From NCBI GenBank assembly GCA_032718475.1, contig JAUCBJ010003708.1, positions 4,285-68,284 of the forward strand: a stretch of 64,000 nt of DNA, written 5' to 3'. Below the pieces are notes generated by a model that was given only the letters and a program-made list of their open reading frames with translations, did not search any database and had not been told where the DNA came from. Both the position numbers and the translations under genes were made by a program. This DNA comes from Nemertoderma westbladi (taxonomy: Eukaryota; Animalia; Xenacoelomorpha). Positions 1 to 13,590 of this stretch are shown here, piece by piece (within the stretch, counting starts at the first letter, position 1; the number at the start of each line of letters is the position of its first letter).

Positions 1-3000
1 TAGTTTTCAACTTTAGAATTCTGTTCTACTTGTTTGTGGTCTTCTGTTCTACTTGTTTATGGTTTTCTGTTCTACTTGTTTGTGGTTTTCTGTTCTACTT
101 GTTTGTAGTTTTCAACTTTAGAATTCTGTTCTACTTGTTTGTGGTCTTCTGTTCTACTTGTTTATGGTTTTCTGTTCTACTTGTTTGTGGTCTTCTGTTC
201 TACTTGTTTGTGGTTTTATATTCTACTTGTTTGTGGTTTTCTGTTCTACTTGTTTGTGGTTTTCTGTTCTACTTGCTTGTGGTTTTCTGTTCTACATGTT
301 TGTGGTTTTATATTCTACTTATTTGTGGTTTTCTGTTCTACTTGTTTGTGGTTTTATATTCTACTTGTTTGTGGTTTTCTGTTCTACTTGTTTGTGGTTT
401 TCTGTTCTACATGTTTGTGGTTTTCTGTTCTACTTGTTTGTGGTTTTATATTATACTTATTTGTGGTTTTCTGTTCTACTTGTTTGTGGTTTTATATTCT
501 ACTTGTTTGTGGTTTACTGTTCTACTTGTTTGTGGTTTTATATTCTACTTGTTTGTGGTTTACTGTTCTACATGTTTGTGGTTTTATATTCTACTTATTT
601 GTGGTTTTCTGTTCTACTTGTTTGTGGTTTTCTGTTCTACTTGTTTGTGGTTTTATATTCTACTTGTTTGTGGTTTTCTGTTCTACTTGCTTGTGGTTTT
701 CTGTTCTACTTGTTTGTGGTTTTCTGTTCTACTTGTTTGTGGTTTTCTGTTCTACTTGTTTGTGGTTTTATATTCTACTTGTCTGTGGTTTTCTGTTCTA
801 CTTGTTTGTGGTTTTCCGTTCTACTTGCTTGTGGTTTTCTGTTCTACATGTTTGTGGTTTTATATTCTACTTGTTTGTGGTTTTCTGTTCTACTTGTTTG
901 TGGTTTTCTGTTCTACTTGTTTGTAGTTTTCAACTTTAGAATTCTGTTCTACTTGTTTGTGGTCTTCTGTTCTACTTGTTTATGGTTTTCTGTTCTACTT
1001 GTTTGTGGTTTTCTGTTCTACTTGTTTGTGGTTTTCTATTCTACTTGTTTGTGGTTTTCTGTTCTACTTGTTTGTGGTTTTCTATTCTACTTGTCTGTGG
1101 TTTTCTGTTCTACTTGTTTGTGGTTTTCTGTTCTACTTGCTTGTGGTTTTCTGTTCTACATGTTTGTGGTTTTATATTCTACTTGTTTGTGGTTTTCTGT
1201 TCTACTTGTTTGTGGTTTTCTGTTCTACTTGTTTGTAGTTTTCAACTTTAGAATTCTGTTCTACTTGTTTGTGGTTTTCTGTTCTACTTGTTTGTGGTTT
1301 TCTGTTCTACTTGTTTGTGGTTCTCTGTTCTACTTATTTGTGGTCTTCTGCTCTACTTGTTTATGGTTTTCTGTTCTACTTGTTTGTGGTTTTCTGTTCT
1401 ACTTGTTTGTGGTTTTATATTCTACTTGTTTGTGGTTTTCTATTCTACTTGTTTGTGGTCTTCTGTTCTACTTGTTTGTGGTTTTCTGTTCTACTTGCTT
1501 GTGGTTTTCTGTTCTACATGTTTGTGGTTTTATATTCTACTTGTTTGTGGTTTTCTGTTCTACTTGTTTGTGGTTTTCTGTTCTACTTGTTTGTAGTTTT
1601 CAACTTTAGAATTCTGTTCTACTTGTTTGTGGTTTTCTGTTCTACTTGTTTGTGGTTTTCTATTCTACTTGTTTGTGGTTATCTGTTCTACTTGTTTGTG
1701 GTTTTCTGTTCTACTTGTTTGTGGTTTTCTATTCTACTTGTTTGTGGTTTTCTGTTCTACTTGTTTGTGGTTTTCTGTTCTACTTATTTGTGGTTTTCTG
1801 TTCTACTTATTTGTGGTTTTCTATTCTACTTGTTTGTGGTTTTCTGTTCTACTTGTTTGTGGTTTTCTGTTCTACTTGTTTGTGGTTTTCTGTTCTACTT
1901 ATTTGTGGTTTTCTGTTCTACTTATTTGTGGTTTTCTGTTCTACTTATTTGTGGTTTTCTGTTCTACTTATTTGTGGTTTTCTGTTCTACTTGTTTGTGG
2001 TTTTCTGTTCTACTTGTTTGTGGTTTTCTGTTCTACTTGTTTGTGGTTTTCTGTTCTACTTATTTGTGGTTTTCTGTTCTACTTATTTGTGGTTTTCTGT
2101 TCTACTTATTTGTGGTTTTCTGTTCTACTTGTTTGTGGTTTTCTGTTCTACTTATTTGTGGTTTTCTGTTCTACTTATTTGTGGTTTTCTATTCTACTTG
2201 TTTGTGGTTTTTTGTTCTACTTGTTTGTGGTTTTCTGTTCTACTTGTTTGTGGTTTTCTGTTCTACTTATTTGTGGTTTTCTGTTCTACTTATTTGTGGT
2301 TTTCTGTTCTACTTATTTGTGGTTTTCTGTTCTACTTGTTTGTGGTTTTTTGTTCTACTTGTTTGTGGTTTTCTGTTCTACTTGTTTGTGGTTTTATATT
2401 CTACTTGTTTGTGGTTTACTGTTCTACATGTTTGTGGTTTTCGTTCTACTTGTTTGTGGTTCTTTGTTCTACTTTTTTGTGGTTTTCTGTTCTACTTGTT
2501 TGTGGTTTACTGTTCTACTTGTTTGTGGTTTTCTGTTCTACTTTTTTATGGTTTTCTGTTCTACTTGTTTGTGGTTTTCTGTTCTACTTATTTGTGGTTT
2601 TCTGTTCTACTTTTTTATGGTTTTCTGTTCTACTTGTTTGTGGTTTTCGTTATACTTGTTTGTGGTTCTTTGTTCTACTTGTTTGTGGTCTTCTGTTCTA
2701 CTTGTTTGTGGTTCTCTGTTCTACTTGTTTGTGGTTTTCTGTTCTACTTGTTTGTGGTTTTATATTCTACTTGTTTGTGGTTTACTGTTCTACATGTTTG
2801 TGGTTTTCGTTCTACTTGTTTGTGGTTCTTTGTTCTACTTGTTTGTGGTTTTCTGTTCTACTTGTTTGTGGTTTACTGTTCTACTTGTTTGTGGTTTTCT
2901 GTTCTACTTTTTTATGGTTTTCTGTTCTACTTGTTTGTGGTTTTCTGTTCTACTTATTTATGGTTTTCTGTTCTACTTTTTTATGGTTTTCTGTTCTACT

Positions 3001-6000
3001 TGTTTGTGGTTTTCTGTTCTACTTGTTTGTGGTCTTCTGTTCTACTTGTTTGTGGTTCTCTGTTCTACTTGTTTGTGGTTTTCTGTTCTACTTGTTTGTG
3101 GTTTTCTATTCTACTTGTTCGTGGTTCTCTGTTCTACTTGTTTGTGGTTTTCTGTTCTACTTTTTTATGGTTTTCTGTTCTACTTGTTTGTGGTTTTCTG
3201 TTCTACTTGTTTGTGGTCTTCTGTTCTACTTGTTTGTGGTTTTCTGTTCTACTTGTTTGTGGTTTTCGTTCTACTTGTTTGTGGTTTTCTGTTCTACTTG
3301 TTTGTGGTTTTCTGTTCTACTTGTTTGTGGTTTACTGTTCTACTTGTTTGTGGTTCTCTGTTCTATTTATTTGTGGTTTTCTGTTCTACTCGTTTGTGGT
3401 TTTCTATTATACTTGTTCGTGGTTCTCTGTTCTACTTGTTTGTGGTTCTCTGTTCTACTTATTTGTGGTTTTCTGTTCTACTCGTTTGTGGTTTTCTATT
3501 CTACTTGTTCGTGGTTCTCTGTTCTACTTGTTTGTGGTTTTCTGTTCTACTTTTTTATGGTTTTCTGTTCTACTTGTTTGTGGTTTTCTGTTCTACTTGT
3601 TTGTGGTCTTCTGTTCTACTTGTTTGTGGTTTTCTGTTCTACTTGTTTGTGGTTTCTGTTCTACTTGTTTGTGGTTTTCTGATCTACTTGTTTGTGGTTT
3701 TCTGTTCTACTTGTTTGTGGTTTTCCGTTCTACTTGTTTGTGGTTTTCTGTTCTACTCGTTTGTGGTTTTCTGTTCTACTTGTTTATGGTTTTCTGTTCT
3801 ACTTGTTTGTGGTCTTCTGTTCTACTTGTTTGTGGTTTTCTGTTCTACATGTTTGTGGTTTTCGTTCTACTTGTTTGTGGTTTTCTGTTCTACTTGTTTG
3901 TGGTTTTCTGTTCTACTTGTTTGTGGTTTTCTGTTCTACTTATTTGTGGTTTTCTGTTCTACTTGTTTGTAGTTTTCAACTTTAGAATTCTGTTCTACTT
4001 GTTTGTGGTCTTCTGTTCTACTTGTTTATGGTTTTCTGTTCTACTTGTTTGTGGTTTTCTGTTCTACTTGTTTGTGGTTTTATATTCTACTTGTTTGTAG
4101 TTTTCAACTTTAGAATTCTGTTCTACTTGTTTGTTGTCTTCTGTTCTACTTGTTTATGGTTTTCTGTTCTACTTGTTTGTGGTTTTCTGTTCTACTTGTT
4201 TGTGGTTTTCTGTTCTACTTGTTTGTGGTTTTCTGTTCTACTTGTTTGTGGTTTTCTGTTCTACTTGTCTGTGGATTTCTGTTCTACTTGTTTGTGGTTT
4301 TCTGTTCTACTTGCTTGTGGTTTTCTGTTCTACATGTTTGTGGTTTTATATTCTACTTGTTTGTGGTTTTCTGTTCTACTTGTTTGTGGTTTTCTGTTCT
4401 ACTTGTTTGTAGTTTTCAACTTTAGAATTCTGTTCTACTTGTTTGTGGTCTTCTGTTCTACTTGTTTATGGTTTTCTGTTCTACTTGTTTGTGGTTTTCT
4501 GTTCTACTTGTTTGTGGTTTTATATTCTACTTGTTTGTGGTTTTCTATTCTACTTGTTTGTGGTCTTCTGTTCTACTTGTTTGTGGTTTTCTGTTCTACA
4601 TGTTTGTGGTTTTATATTCTACTTGTTTGTGGTTTTCTGTTCTACTTGTTTGTGGTTTTCTGTTCTACTTGTTTGTAGTTTTCAACTTTAGAATTCTGTT
4701 CTACTTGTTTGTGGTTTTCTGTTCTACTTGTTTGTGGTTTTCTATTCTACTTGTTTGTGGTTCTCTGTTCTACTTGTTTGTGGTTTTCTGTTCTACTTGT
4801 TTGTGGTTTCCTATTCTACTTGTTTGTGGTTTTCTGTTCTACTTGTTTGTGGTTTTCTGTTCTACTTATTTGTGGTTTTCTGTTCTACTTATTTGTGGTT
4901 TTCTATTCTACTTGTTTGTGGTTTTCTGTTCTACTTGTTTGTGGTTTTCTGTTCTACTTGTTTGTGGTTTTCTGTTCTACTTATTTGTGGTTTTCTGTTC
5001 TACTTATTTGTGGTTTTCTATTCTACTTGTTTGTGGTTTTCTGTTCTACTTGTTTGTGGTTTTCTGTTCTACTTGTTTGTGGTTTTCTGTTCTACTTATT
5101 TGTGGTTTTCTGTTCTACTTATTTGTGGTTTTCTGTTCTACTTATTTGTGGTTTTCTGTTCTACTTATTTGTGGTTTTCTGTTCTACTTGTTTGTGGTTT
5201 TCTGTTCTACTTATTTGTGGTTTTCTGTTCTACTTATTTGTGGTTTTCTGTTCTACTTATTTGTGGTTTTCTGTTCTACTTGTTTGTGGTTTTCTGTTCT
5301 ACTTATTTGTGGTTTTCTGTTCTACTTATTTGTGGTTTTCTATTCTACTTGTTTGTGGTTTTCTGTTCTACTTATTTGTGGTTTTCTATTCTACTTGTTT
5401 GTGGTTTTCTGTTCTACTTGTTTGTGGTTTTCTGTTCTACTCGTTTGTGGTTTTCTATTATACTTGTTTGTGGTTTTCTATTCTACTTTGTGGTTTTCTG
5501 TTCTACTTGTTTGTGGTTTTCTGTTCTACTTGTTTGTGGTTTACTGTTCTACTTGTTTGTGGTTCTCTGTTCTACTTATTTGTGGTTTTCTGTTCTACTC
5601 GTTTGTGGTTTTCTGTTCTACTCGTTTGTGGTTTTCTGTTCTACTTGTTTATGGTTTTCTGTTCTACTTGTTTGTGGTCTTCTGTTCTACTTGTTTGTGG
5701 TTTTCTGTTCTACTTGTTTGTGGTTTTCGTTCTACTTGTTTGTGGTTTTCTGTTCTACTTGTTTGTGGTTTTCTGTTCTACTTGTTTGTGGTTTTCTGTT
5801 CTACTTGTTTGTGGTTTTCTGTTCTACTTGTCTGTGGTTTTCTGTTCTACTTGTTTGTGGTTTTCTGTTCTACTTGCTTGTGGTTTTCTGTTCTACATGT
5901 TTGTGGTTTTATATTCTACTTGTTTGTGGTTTTCTGTTCTACTTGTTTGTGGTTTTCTGTTCTACTTGTTTGTAGTTTTCAACTTTAGAATTCTGTTCTA

Positions 6001-9000
6001 CTTGTTTGTGGTCTTCTGTTCTACTTGTTTATGGTTTTCTGTTCTACTTGTTTGTGGTTTTCTGTTCTACTTGTTTGTGGTTTTATATTCTACTTGTTTG
6101 TGGTTTTCTATTCTACTTGTTTGTGGTTTTCTGTTCTACTTGTTTGTGGTTTTCTGTTCTACTTATTTGTGGTTTTCTGTTCTACTTATTTGTGGTTTTC
6201 TATTCTACTTGTTTGTGGTTTTCTGTTCTACTTGTTTGTGGTTTTCTGTTCTACTTGTTTGTGGTTTTCTGTTCTACTTGTTTGTAGTTTTCAACTTTAG
6301 AATTCTGTTCTACTTGTTTGTGGTTTTCTGTTCTACTTGTTTGTGGTTTTCTATTCTACTTGTTTGTGGTTTTCTGTTCTACTTGTTTGTGGTTTTCTAT
6401 TCTACTTGTTTGTGGTTTTCTGTTCTACTTGTTTGTGGTTTTCTGTTCTACTTATTTGTGGTTTTCTATTCTACTTGTTTGTGGTTTTCTGTTCTACTTG
6501 TTTGTGGTTTTCTGTTCTACTTGTTTGTGGTTTTCTGTTCTACTTATTTGTGGTTTTCTGTTCTACTTATTTGTGGTTTTCTGTTCTACTTATTTGTGGT
6601 TTTCTGTTCTACTTATTTGTGGTTTTCTGTTCTACTTGTTTGTGGTTTTCTATTCTACTTGTTTGTGGTTCTCTGTTCTACTTGTTTGTGGTTCTCTGTT
6701 CTACTTGTTTGTGGTTTTCTATTCTACTTGTTTGTGGTTCTCTGTTCTACTTATTTGTGGTTTTCTGTTCTACTTGTTTGTGGTTTTCTATTCTACTTGT
6801 TTGTGGTTCTCTGTTCTACTTATTTGTGGTTTTCTGTTCTACTTGTTTGTGGTTTTCTATTCTACTTGTTTGTGGTTCTCTGTTCTACTTATTTGTGGTT
6901 TTCTGTTCTACTTGTTTGTGGTTCTCTGTTCTACTTGTTTGTGGTTCTCTGTTCTACTTGTTTGTGGTTTTCTATTCTACTTGTTTGTGGTTCTCTGTTC
7001 TACTTATTTGTGGTTTTCTGTTCTACTTGTTTGTGGTTTTCTATTCTACTTGTTTGTGGTTCTCTGTTCTACTTGTTTGTGGTTTTCTGTTCTACTTGTT
7101 TGTGGTTTTCTATTCTACTTGTTTGTGGTTTTCTGTTCTACTTGTTTGTGGTTTTCTGTTCTACTTATTTGTGGATTTCTGTTCTACTTGTTTGTGGTTT
7201 TCTGTTCTACTTATTTGTGGTTTTCTGTTCTACTTATTTGTGGTTTTCTGTTCTACTTATTTGTGGTTTTCTATTCTACTTGTTTGTGGTTTTCTGTTCT
7301 ACTTGTTTGTGGTTTTCTGTTCTACTTGTTTGTGGTTTTCTGTTCTACTTATTTGTGGTTTTCTGTTCTACTTATTTGTGGTTTTCTGTTCTACTTATTT
7401 GTGGTTTTCTGTTCTACTTATTTGTGGTTTTCTGTTCTACTTGTTTGTGGTTTTCTGTTCTACTTATTTGTGGTTTTCTGTTCTACTTATTTGTGGTTTT
7501 CTATTCTACTTGTTTGTGGTTTTCTGTTCTACTTGTTTGTGGTTTTCTGTTCTACTTGTTTGTGGTTTTCTGTTCTACTTATTTGTGGTTTTCTGTTCTA
7601 CTTGTTTGTGGTTTTCTGTTCTACTTGTTTGTGGTTTTCTGTTCTACTTGTTTGTGGTTTACTGTTCTACTTATTTGTGGTTTTCTGTTCTACTTATTTG
7701 TGGTTTTCTGTTCTACTTATTTGTGGTTTTCTGTTCTACTTGTTTGTGGTTTTATATTCTACTTATTTGTGGTTTTCTGTTCTACTTGTTTGTGGTTTTC
7801 TGTTCTACTTGTTTGTGGTTTTCTGTTCTACTTGTTTGTGGTTTACTGTTCTACGTGTTTGTGGTTTTATATTCTACTTATTTGTGGTTTTCTGTTCTAC
7901 TTGTTTGTGGTTTTATATTCTACTTGTTTGTGGTTTTCTGTTCTACTTATTTGTGGTTTTCTGTTCTACTTATTTGTGGTTTACTGTTCTACATGTTTGT
8001 GGTTTTATATTCTACTTGTTTGTGGTTTTCTGTTCTACTTGTTTGTGGTTTTATATTCTACTTGTTTGTGGTTTTCTGTTCTACTTGTTTGTGGTTTTCT
8101 GTTCTACTTGTTTGTAGTTTTCAACTTTAGAATTCTGTTCTACTTGTTTGTGGTCTTCTGTTCTACTTGTTTATGGTTTTCTGTTCTACTTGTTTGTGGT
8201 TTTCTGTTCTACTTGTTTGTGGTTTTCTGTTCTACTTGTTTGTAGTTTTCAACTTTAGAATTCTGTTCTACTTGTTTGTGGTTTTCTGTTCTACTTGTTT
8301 GTGGTTTTCTATTCTACTTGTTTGTGGTTCTCTGTTCTACTTGTTTGTGGTTTTCTGTTCTACTTGTTTGTGGTTTTCTATTCTACTTGTTTGTGGTTTT
8401 CTGTTCTACTTGTTTGTGGTTTTCTGTTCTACTTATTTGTGGTTTTCTGTTCTACTTATTTGTGGTTTTCTATTCTACTTGTTTGTGGTTTTCTGTTCTA
8501 CTTGTTTGTGGTTTTCTGTTCTAATTGTTTGTGGTTTTCTGTTCTACTTGTTTGTGGTTTTCTGGTCTACTTGTTTGTGGTTTTCTGTTCTACTTGTTTG
8601 TGGTTTTCTGTTCTACTTGTTTGTGGTTTTCTGGTCTACTTGTTTGTGGTTTTCTGTTCTACTTGTTTGTGGTTTTCTGGTCTACTTGTTTGTGGTTTTC
8701 TGTTCTACTTGTTTGTGGTTTTCTGTTCTACTTGTTTGTGGTTTTCTGTTCTACTTGTTTGTGGTTTTCTGTTCTACTTGTTTGTGGTTTTCTGTTCTAC
8801 TTGTTTGTGGTTTTCTGTTCTACTTGTTTGTGGTTTTCTGTTCTACTTGTTTGTGGTTTTCTGTTCTACTTATTTGTGGTTTTCTGTTCTACTTATTTGT
8901 GGTTTTCTGTTCTACTTGTTTGTGGTTTTCTGTTCTACTTATTTGTGGTTTTCTGTTCTACTTATTTGTGGTTTTCTATTCTACTTGTTTGTGGTTTTCT

Positions 9001-11101
9001 GTTCTACTTGTTTGTGGTTTTCTGTTCTACTTGTTTGTGGTTTTCTGTTCTACTTATTTGTGGTTTTCTGTTCTACTTGTTTGTGGTTTTCTGTTCTACT
9101 TGTTTGTGGTTTTCTGTTCTACTTGTTTGTGGTTTACTGTTCTACTTATTTGTGGTTTTCTGTTCTACTTATTTGTGGTTTTCTGTTCTACTTATTTGTG
9201 GTTTTCTGTTCTACTTGTTTGTGGTTTTATATTCTACTTATTTGTGGTTTTCTGTTCTACTTGTTTGTGGTTTTCTGTTCTACTTGTTTGTGGTTTTCTG
9301 TTCTACTTGTTTGTGGTTTACTGTTCTACGTGTTTGTGGTTTTATATTCTACTTATTTGTGGTTTTCTGTTCTACTTGTTTGTGGTTTTATATTCTACTT
9401 GTTTGTGGTTTTCTGTTCTACTTATTTGTGGTTTTCTGTTCTACTTATTTGTGGTTTTCTGTTCTACTTGTTTGTGGTTTTCTATTCTACTTGTTTGTGG
9501 TTTTCTGTTCTACTTGTTTGTGGTTTTCTGTTCTACTTGTTTGTGGTTTTCTGTTCTACTTGTTTGTGGTTTTATATTCTACTTGTTTGTGGTTTTCTGT
9601 TCTACTTATTTGTGGTTTTCTGTTCTACTTATTTGTGGTTTTCTGTTCTACTTGTTTGTGGTTTTCTATTCTACTTGTTTGTGGTTTTCTGTTCTACTTG
9701 TTTGTGGTTTTCTGTTCTACTTGTTTGTGGTTTTATATTCTACTTGTTTGTGGTTTTCTGTTCTACTTGTTTGTGGTTTTCTGTTCTACATGTTTGTGGT
9801 TTTATATTCTACTTGTTTGTGGTTTACTGTTCTACTTGTTTGTGGTTTTCGTTCTACTTGTTTGTGGTTCTTTGTTCTACTTGTTTGTGGTTTTCTGTTC
9901 TACTTGTTTGTGGTTTACTGTTCTACTTGTTTGTGGTTTTCTGTTCTACTTTTTTATGGTTTTCTGTTCTACTTGTTTGTGGTTTTCTGTTCTACTTATT
10001 TGTGGTTTTCTGTTCTACTTTTTTATGGTTTTCTGTTCTACTTGTTTGTGGTTTTCTGTTCTACTTGTTTGTGGTCTTCTGTTCTACTTGTTTGTGGTTT
10101 TCTATTCTACTTGTTTGTGGTTCTCTGTTCTACTTGTTTGTGGTTTTCTGTTCTACTTTTTTATGGTTTTCTGTTCTACTTGTTTGTGGTTTTCTGTTCT
10201 ACTTGTTTGTGGTCTTCTGTTCTACTTGTTTGTGGTTTTCTGTTCTACTTGTTTGTGGTTTTCGTTCTACTTGTTTGTGGTTTTCTGTTCTACTTGTTTG
10301 TGGTTTTCTGTTCTACTTGTTTGTGGTTTACTGTTCTACTTGTTTGCGGTTCTCTGTTCTACTTATTTGTGGTTTTCTGTTCTACTCGTTTGTGGTTTTC
10401 TGTTCTACTCGTTTGTGGTTTTCTGTTCTACTTGTTTATGGTTTTCTGTTCTACTTGTTTGTGGTCTTCTGTTCTACTTGTTTGTGGTTTTCTGTTCTAC
10501 TTGTTTGTGGTTCTCTGTTCTACTTGTTTGTGGTTTTCTGTTCTACTTTTTTATGGTTTTCTGTTCTACTTGTTTGTGGTCTTCTGTTCTACTTGTTTGT
10601 GGTTTTCTGTTCTACTTGTTTGTGGTTTTCGTTCTACTTGTTTGTGGTTTTCTGTTCTACTTGTTTGTGGTTTTCTGTTCTACTTGTTTGTGGTTCTCTG
10701 TTCTACTTGTTTGTGGTTTTCTGTTCTACTTTATTATGGTTTTCTGTTCTACTTGTTTGTGGTCTTCTGTTCTACTTGTTTGTGGTTTTCTATTCTACTT
10801 GTTTGTGGTTCTCTGTTCTACTTGTTTGTGGTTTTCTGTTCTACTTTTTTATGGTTTTCTGTTCTACTTGTTTGTGGTTTTCTGTTCTACTTTTTTGTGG
10901 TTTTCTATTCTACTTGTTTGTGGTTTTCTGTTCTACTTGTTTGTGGTTCTCTGTTCTACTTTTTTGTGGTTTTCTATTCTACTTGTTTGTAGTTTTCAAC
11001 TTTAGAATTCTGTTCTACTTGTTTGTGGTCTTCTGTTCTACTTTTTTATGGTTTTCTGTTCTACTTGTTTGTGGTTTTCTATTCTACTTGTTTGTGGTTT
11101 T
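1..11101. repeat. 23-bp satellite array, consensus CTGTTCTACTTGTTTGTGGTTTT, roughly 480 units, continues off the left edge
   Basis: Tandem unit read directly; all + frames give the same 23-aa period (LFVVFCSTCLWFSVLLVCGFLFY); punctuated by a variant unit carrying CAACTTTAGAATT. Confidence 0.98.
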
Positions 11102-11688
11102 CAACTTTAGAATTATCCGATATGTTTACAGTTCTCCTGTATTGAGTCTCGTTGTCTGTTTAAAGTCTACCTGCTGCGATTGGTAAAAATATATATTTTT
11201 GTAGAATTCAGTAGTAAAACGTTCGCAATGCGGGTCTAATGATTTAAATTGCTAGATTATAAAACATAAGTCAAAACTGTACTGCACGTAGTTATTTATT
11301 ATATTTGGTTATATAATAATTACCAACGTTGCAGAAATTGAATTTTCTAGAATTTGTAATTATATAAATAAATAATTATATATTGCGTGAGATTGTTGTA
11401 ATTAGAAGGATCATGGGGTGAGTGAATATTGCAATAATAAATTATTAATTGTGGTTATTCGTTTGCTGAAGCGAGAAATTAAATGAAACTGGCTGGTACT
11501 GGTATAGACTGCGTAATTTAATACTATATATATTATAGGGGCATTACTATTCTATGGGTTGGGTACCCACTTTTTGATCATTTTTTCATGGCTTTCTTCA
11601 TGATGTTTTCTTGTTGCAGAACATATAATTGACCTTCTGACAAGATTTTAGCTTGTAATTTTATGTTAGCTACAGTAGTACTTTTTAA

Positions 11689-12046
11689 CCCGCCGAAGAC
11701 CGTTTGATTCAGGTTACACCCAGGACCGTTTGGGTCTTTTCAATGTTGATTAAGCATCGCCCTAACTTGGAAAATTGATGTGTTTACAGAATTCGACTTT
11801 GCAAAACTGTTATTTATGAGTAAAACTATAATGGGCCATTTTGACCCAAACGGCCTTTGCCTAAATAATAAAAGTCAAATTAAAAAAAAAGTGTTAAAGT
11901 AAAAGTTGTGACCCGGTTACATTTGGATAGAGTATAAAAAAGTAGGAGAATTCATGAAATATTGTAAACCCAATCATTATATTGAATTTGTACAGTACAT
12001 GTAAACTTTATTTTGGGTCAATTTGACCCAAACGGTCCTCGGCGGC
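11689..12046. mobile_element. piggyBac-like MITE
   Basis: TTAA at 11685-11688 and 12047-12050; terminal inverted repeats CCCGCCGAAGACCGTTTG / CAAACGGTCCTCGGCGGC; internal GACCCAAACGG sub-repeats. Confidence 0.7.
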
Positions 12047-12617
12047 TTAAGAGCTAACGAAAAAAATAATAATTGATAAATGGGAATAATATTTTGACCA
12101 ACTTTTTTCTTGTGAAAATGGCTTTTATTAATATTATTATTATTACTCTTTAATCCAGACATTAGTGAAGTTGTCCATAAAAACATTTACGTACTTTAAA
12201 CAAAACAAACAGATCACAATAACAATAAAGCAGGACTAACTAACTACCCTACGTACAGTACAACCAATAAACTGTAAAGTCTCGCGTATGCGACTTTAAT
12301 AAAGTTTCATATTTACTTTCTAATATTGTCGTATTTTCCTACGATGATGGATAAACGCTATTCCTCTAGTGTTTGCTAATAATATTAGGCACAAGCTGTT
12401 TACAGTTTCAGGCACAGTTTTAGAATTTAAAATATCAATTAATATAAAATTAAGTTTCACAATCAGCAGCAGCAGTAGTATATGTACGCAAATGTTGTCG
12501 AAAATGTGAAGGTACTATAGTGCAGTATGCGTACACCCCTCTCCACTACACCTAGTTCTTTATACTAACCAGTTTTTCATAATTTCATTGAATACTGTTG
12601 TATAATTATTTGTCAAA

Positions 12618-13590
12618 ATGATATCTGTGGCAAAATTCCTCGAAGATGTGGTTAAATACCCATATATCCACACTGGAATTGTGTCGGATTGCATAGATAA
12701 GAATGAAAAAAAAAGATGGCGGACTATTCGCCATCCAAAAGTGGTGAAGGAAAATGGGTACTGCAAAACAACAACGTTTAATGATATTGCAATTAAACTC
12801 ACTGTAAAAGACAGCACATGTCCTGATATGGATACTACATCTTTATACTACCGTGTAAAGGTTACAATAGTTGAAGAGTTTGTCGATGACAGTTCATCAA
12901 TATTAATCAAGATTCTGAAACCACATAGATTTACAGATGAGTCATTACCATTTGAACACGAGATTCAAATTTTTGCTATAGGATTCAAACAGTTAAAACA
13001 TAAGGTGAAAGTTTTCGCCTTTGATGAAGATACAACTAAAAAGCGAGAAATAGAAATTGTGTTTTATTTTAAAGATGTAGCTGAAGCTAAGTTGAATATG
13101 GTTGATGAATTAATGGGCCTGAAAGATACAGTTGAATGGAAATTCTACAAATTCTCTTCATTCGCACAGATTGCTAACTCTTTTACATCAATAGTGGAGC
13201 GAAGATGGGGCGAAATGTACAGAGGACCCAAACAAGGTCCGGTACCCAACCTTCTCAAGGCTGCGGTCGTCTGGGTAGAAACCTTCGGCTTTGATAGCGA
13301 TGACTTGTATGGAAACATCGAGACTTACGGCATTGAGTGCTCGAAAAAATTAGAAAAAAAATTTCTGAACAACATTGAAGAAAATAACCTCCTCCCCCTT
13401 GGAGAACAAGCATACGATAAATGTAACCGATACATGGTCAGTAACATTGTTAGTGCATGTTATAAAACTCTTGTTACGATTATCGAATCCCAACCCAAAT
13501 GTACCATTATGAAGATAGAAAGCTCTCATCCTCTCTACAAACTGTTTCAATTATTTGATAATCATATTACAAAAGCATTTAGATATCGTG
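12618..13590 (+). CDS. Unidentified protein, large exon 1 (324 codons) of a probable 3-exon gene of about 404 aa
   Basis: Long ORF with globular composition in AT-rich DNA; ends CGT G|GTAAGT (perfect phase-1 donor at 13591). No family recognised. Confidence 0.7.

Noticed and set aside
1-11101. CRISPR array or telomere repeat
   Set aside because: No unique spacers or cas genes, eukaryotic context, and the unit is not a known short telomeric repeat.
30-11186. Very long hydrophobic ORFs (up to 1178 aa)
   Set aside because: The 23-bp unit lacks + strand stops, so all three frames give the same periodic peptide; satellite artefact.
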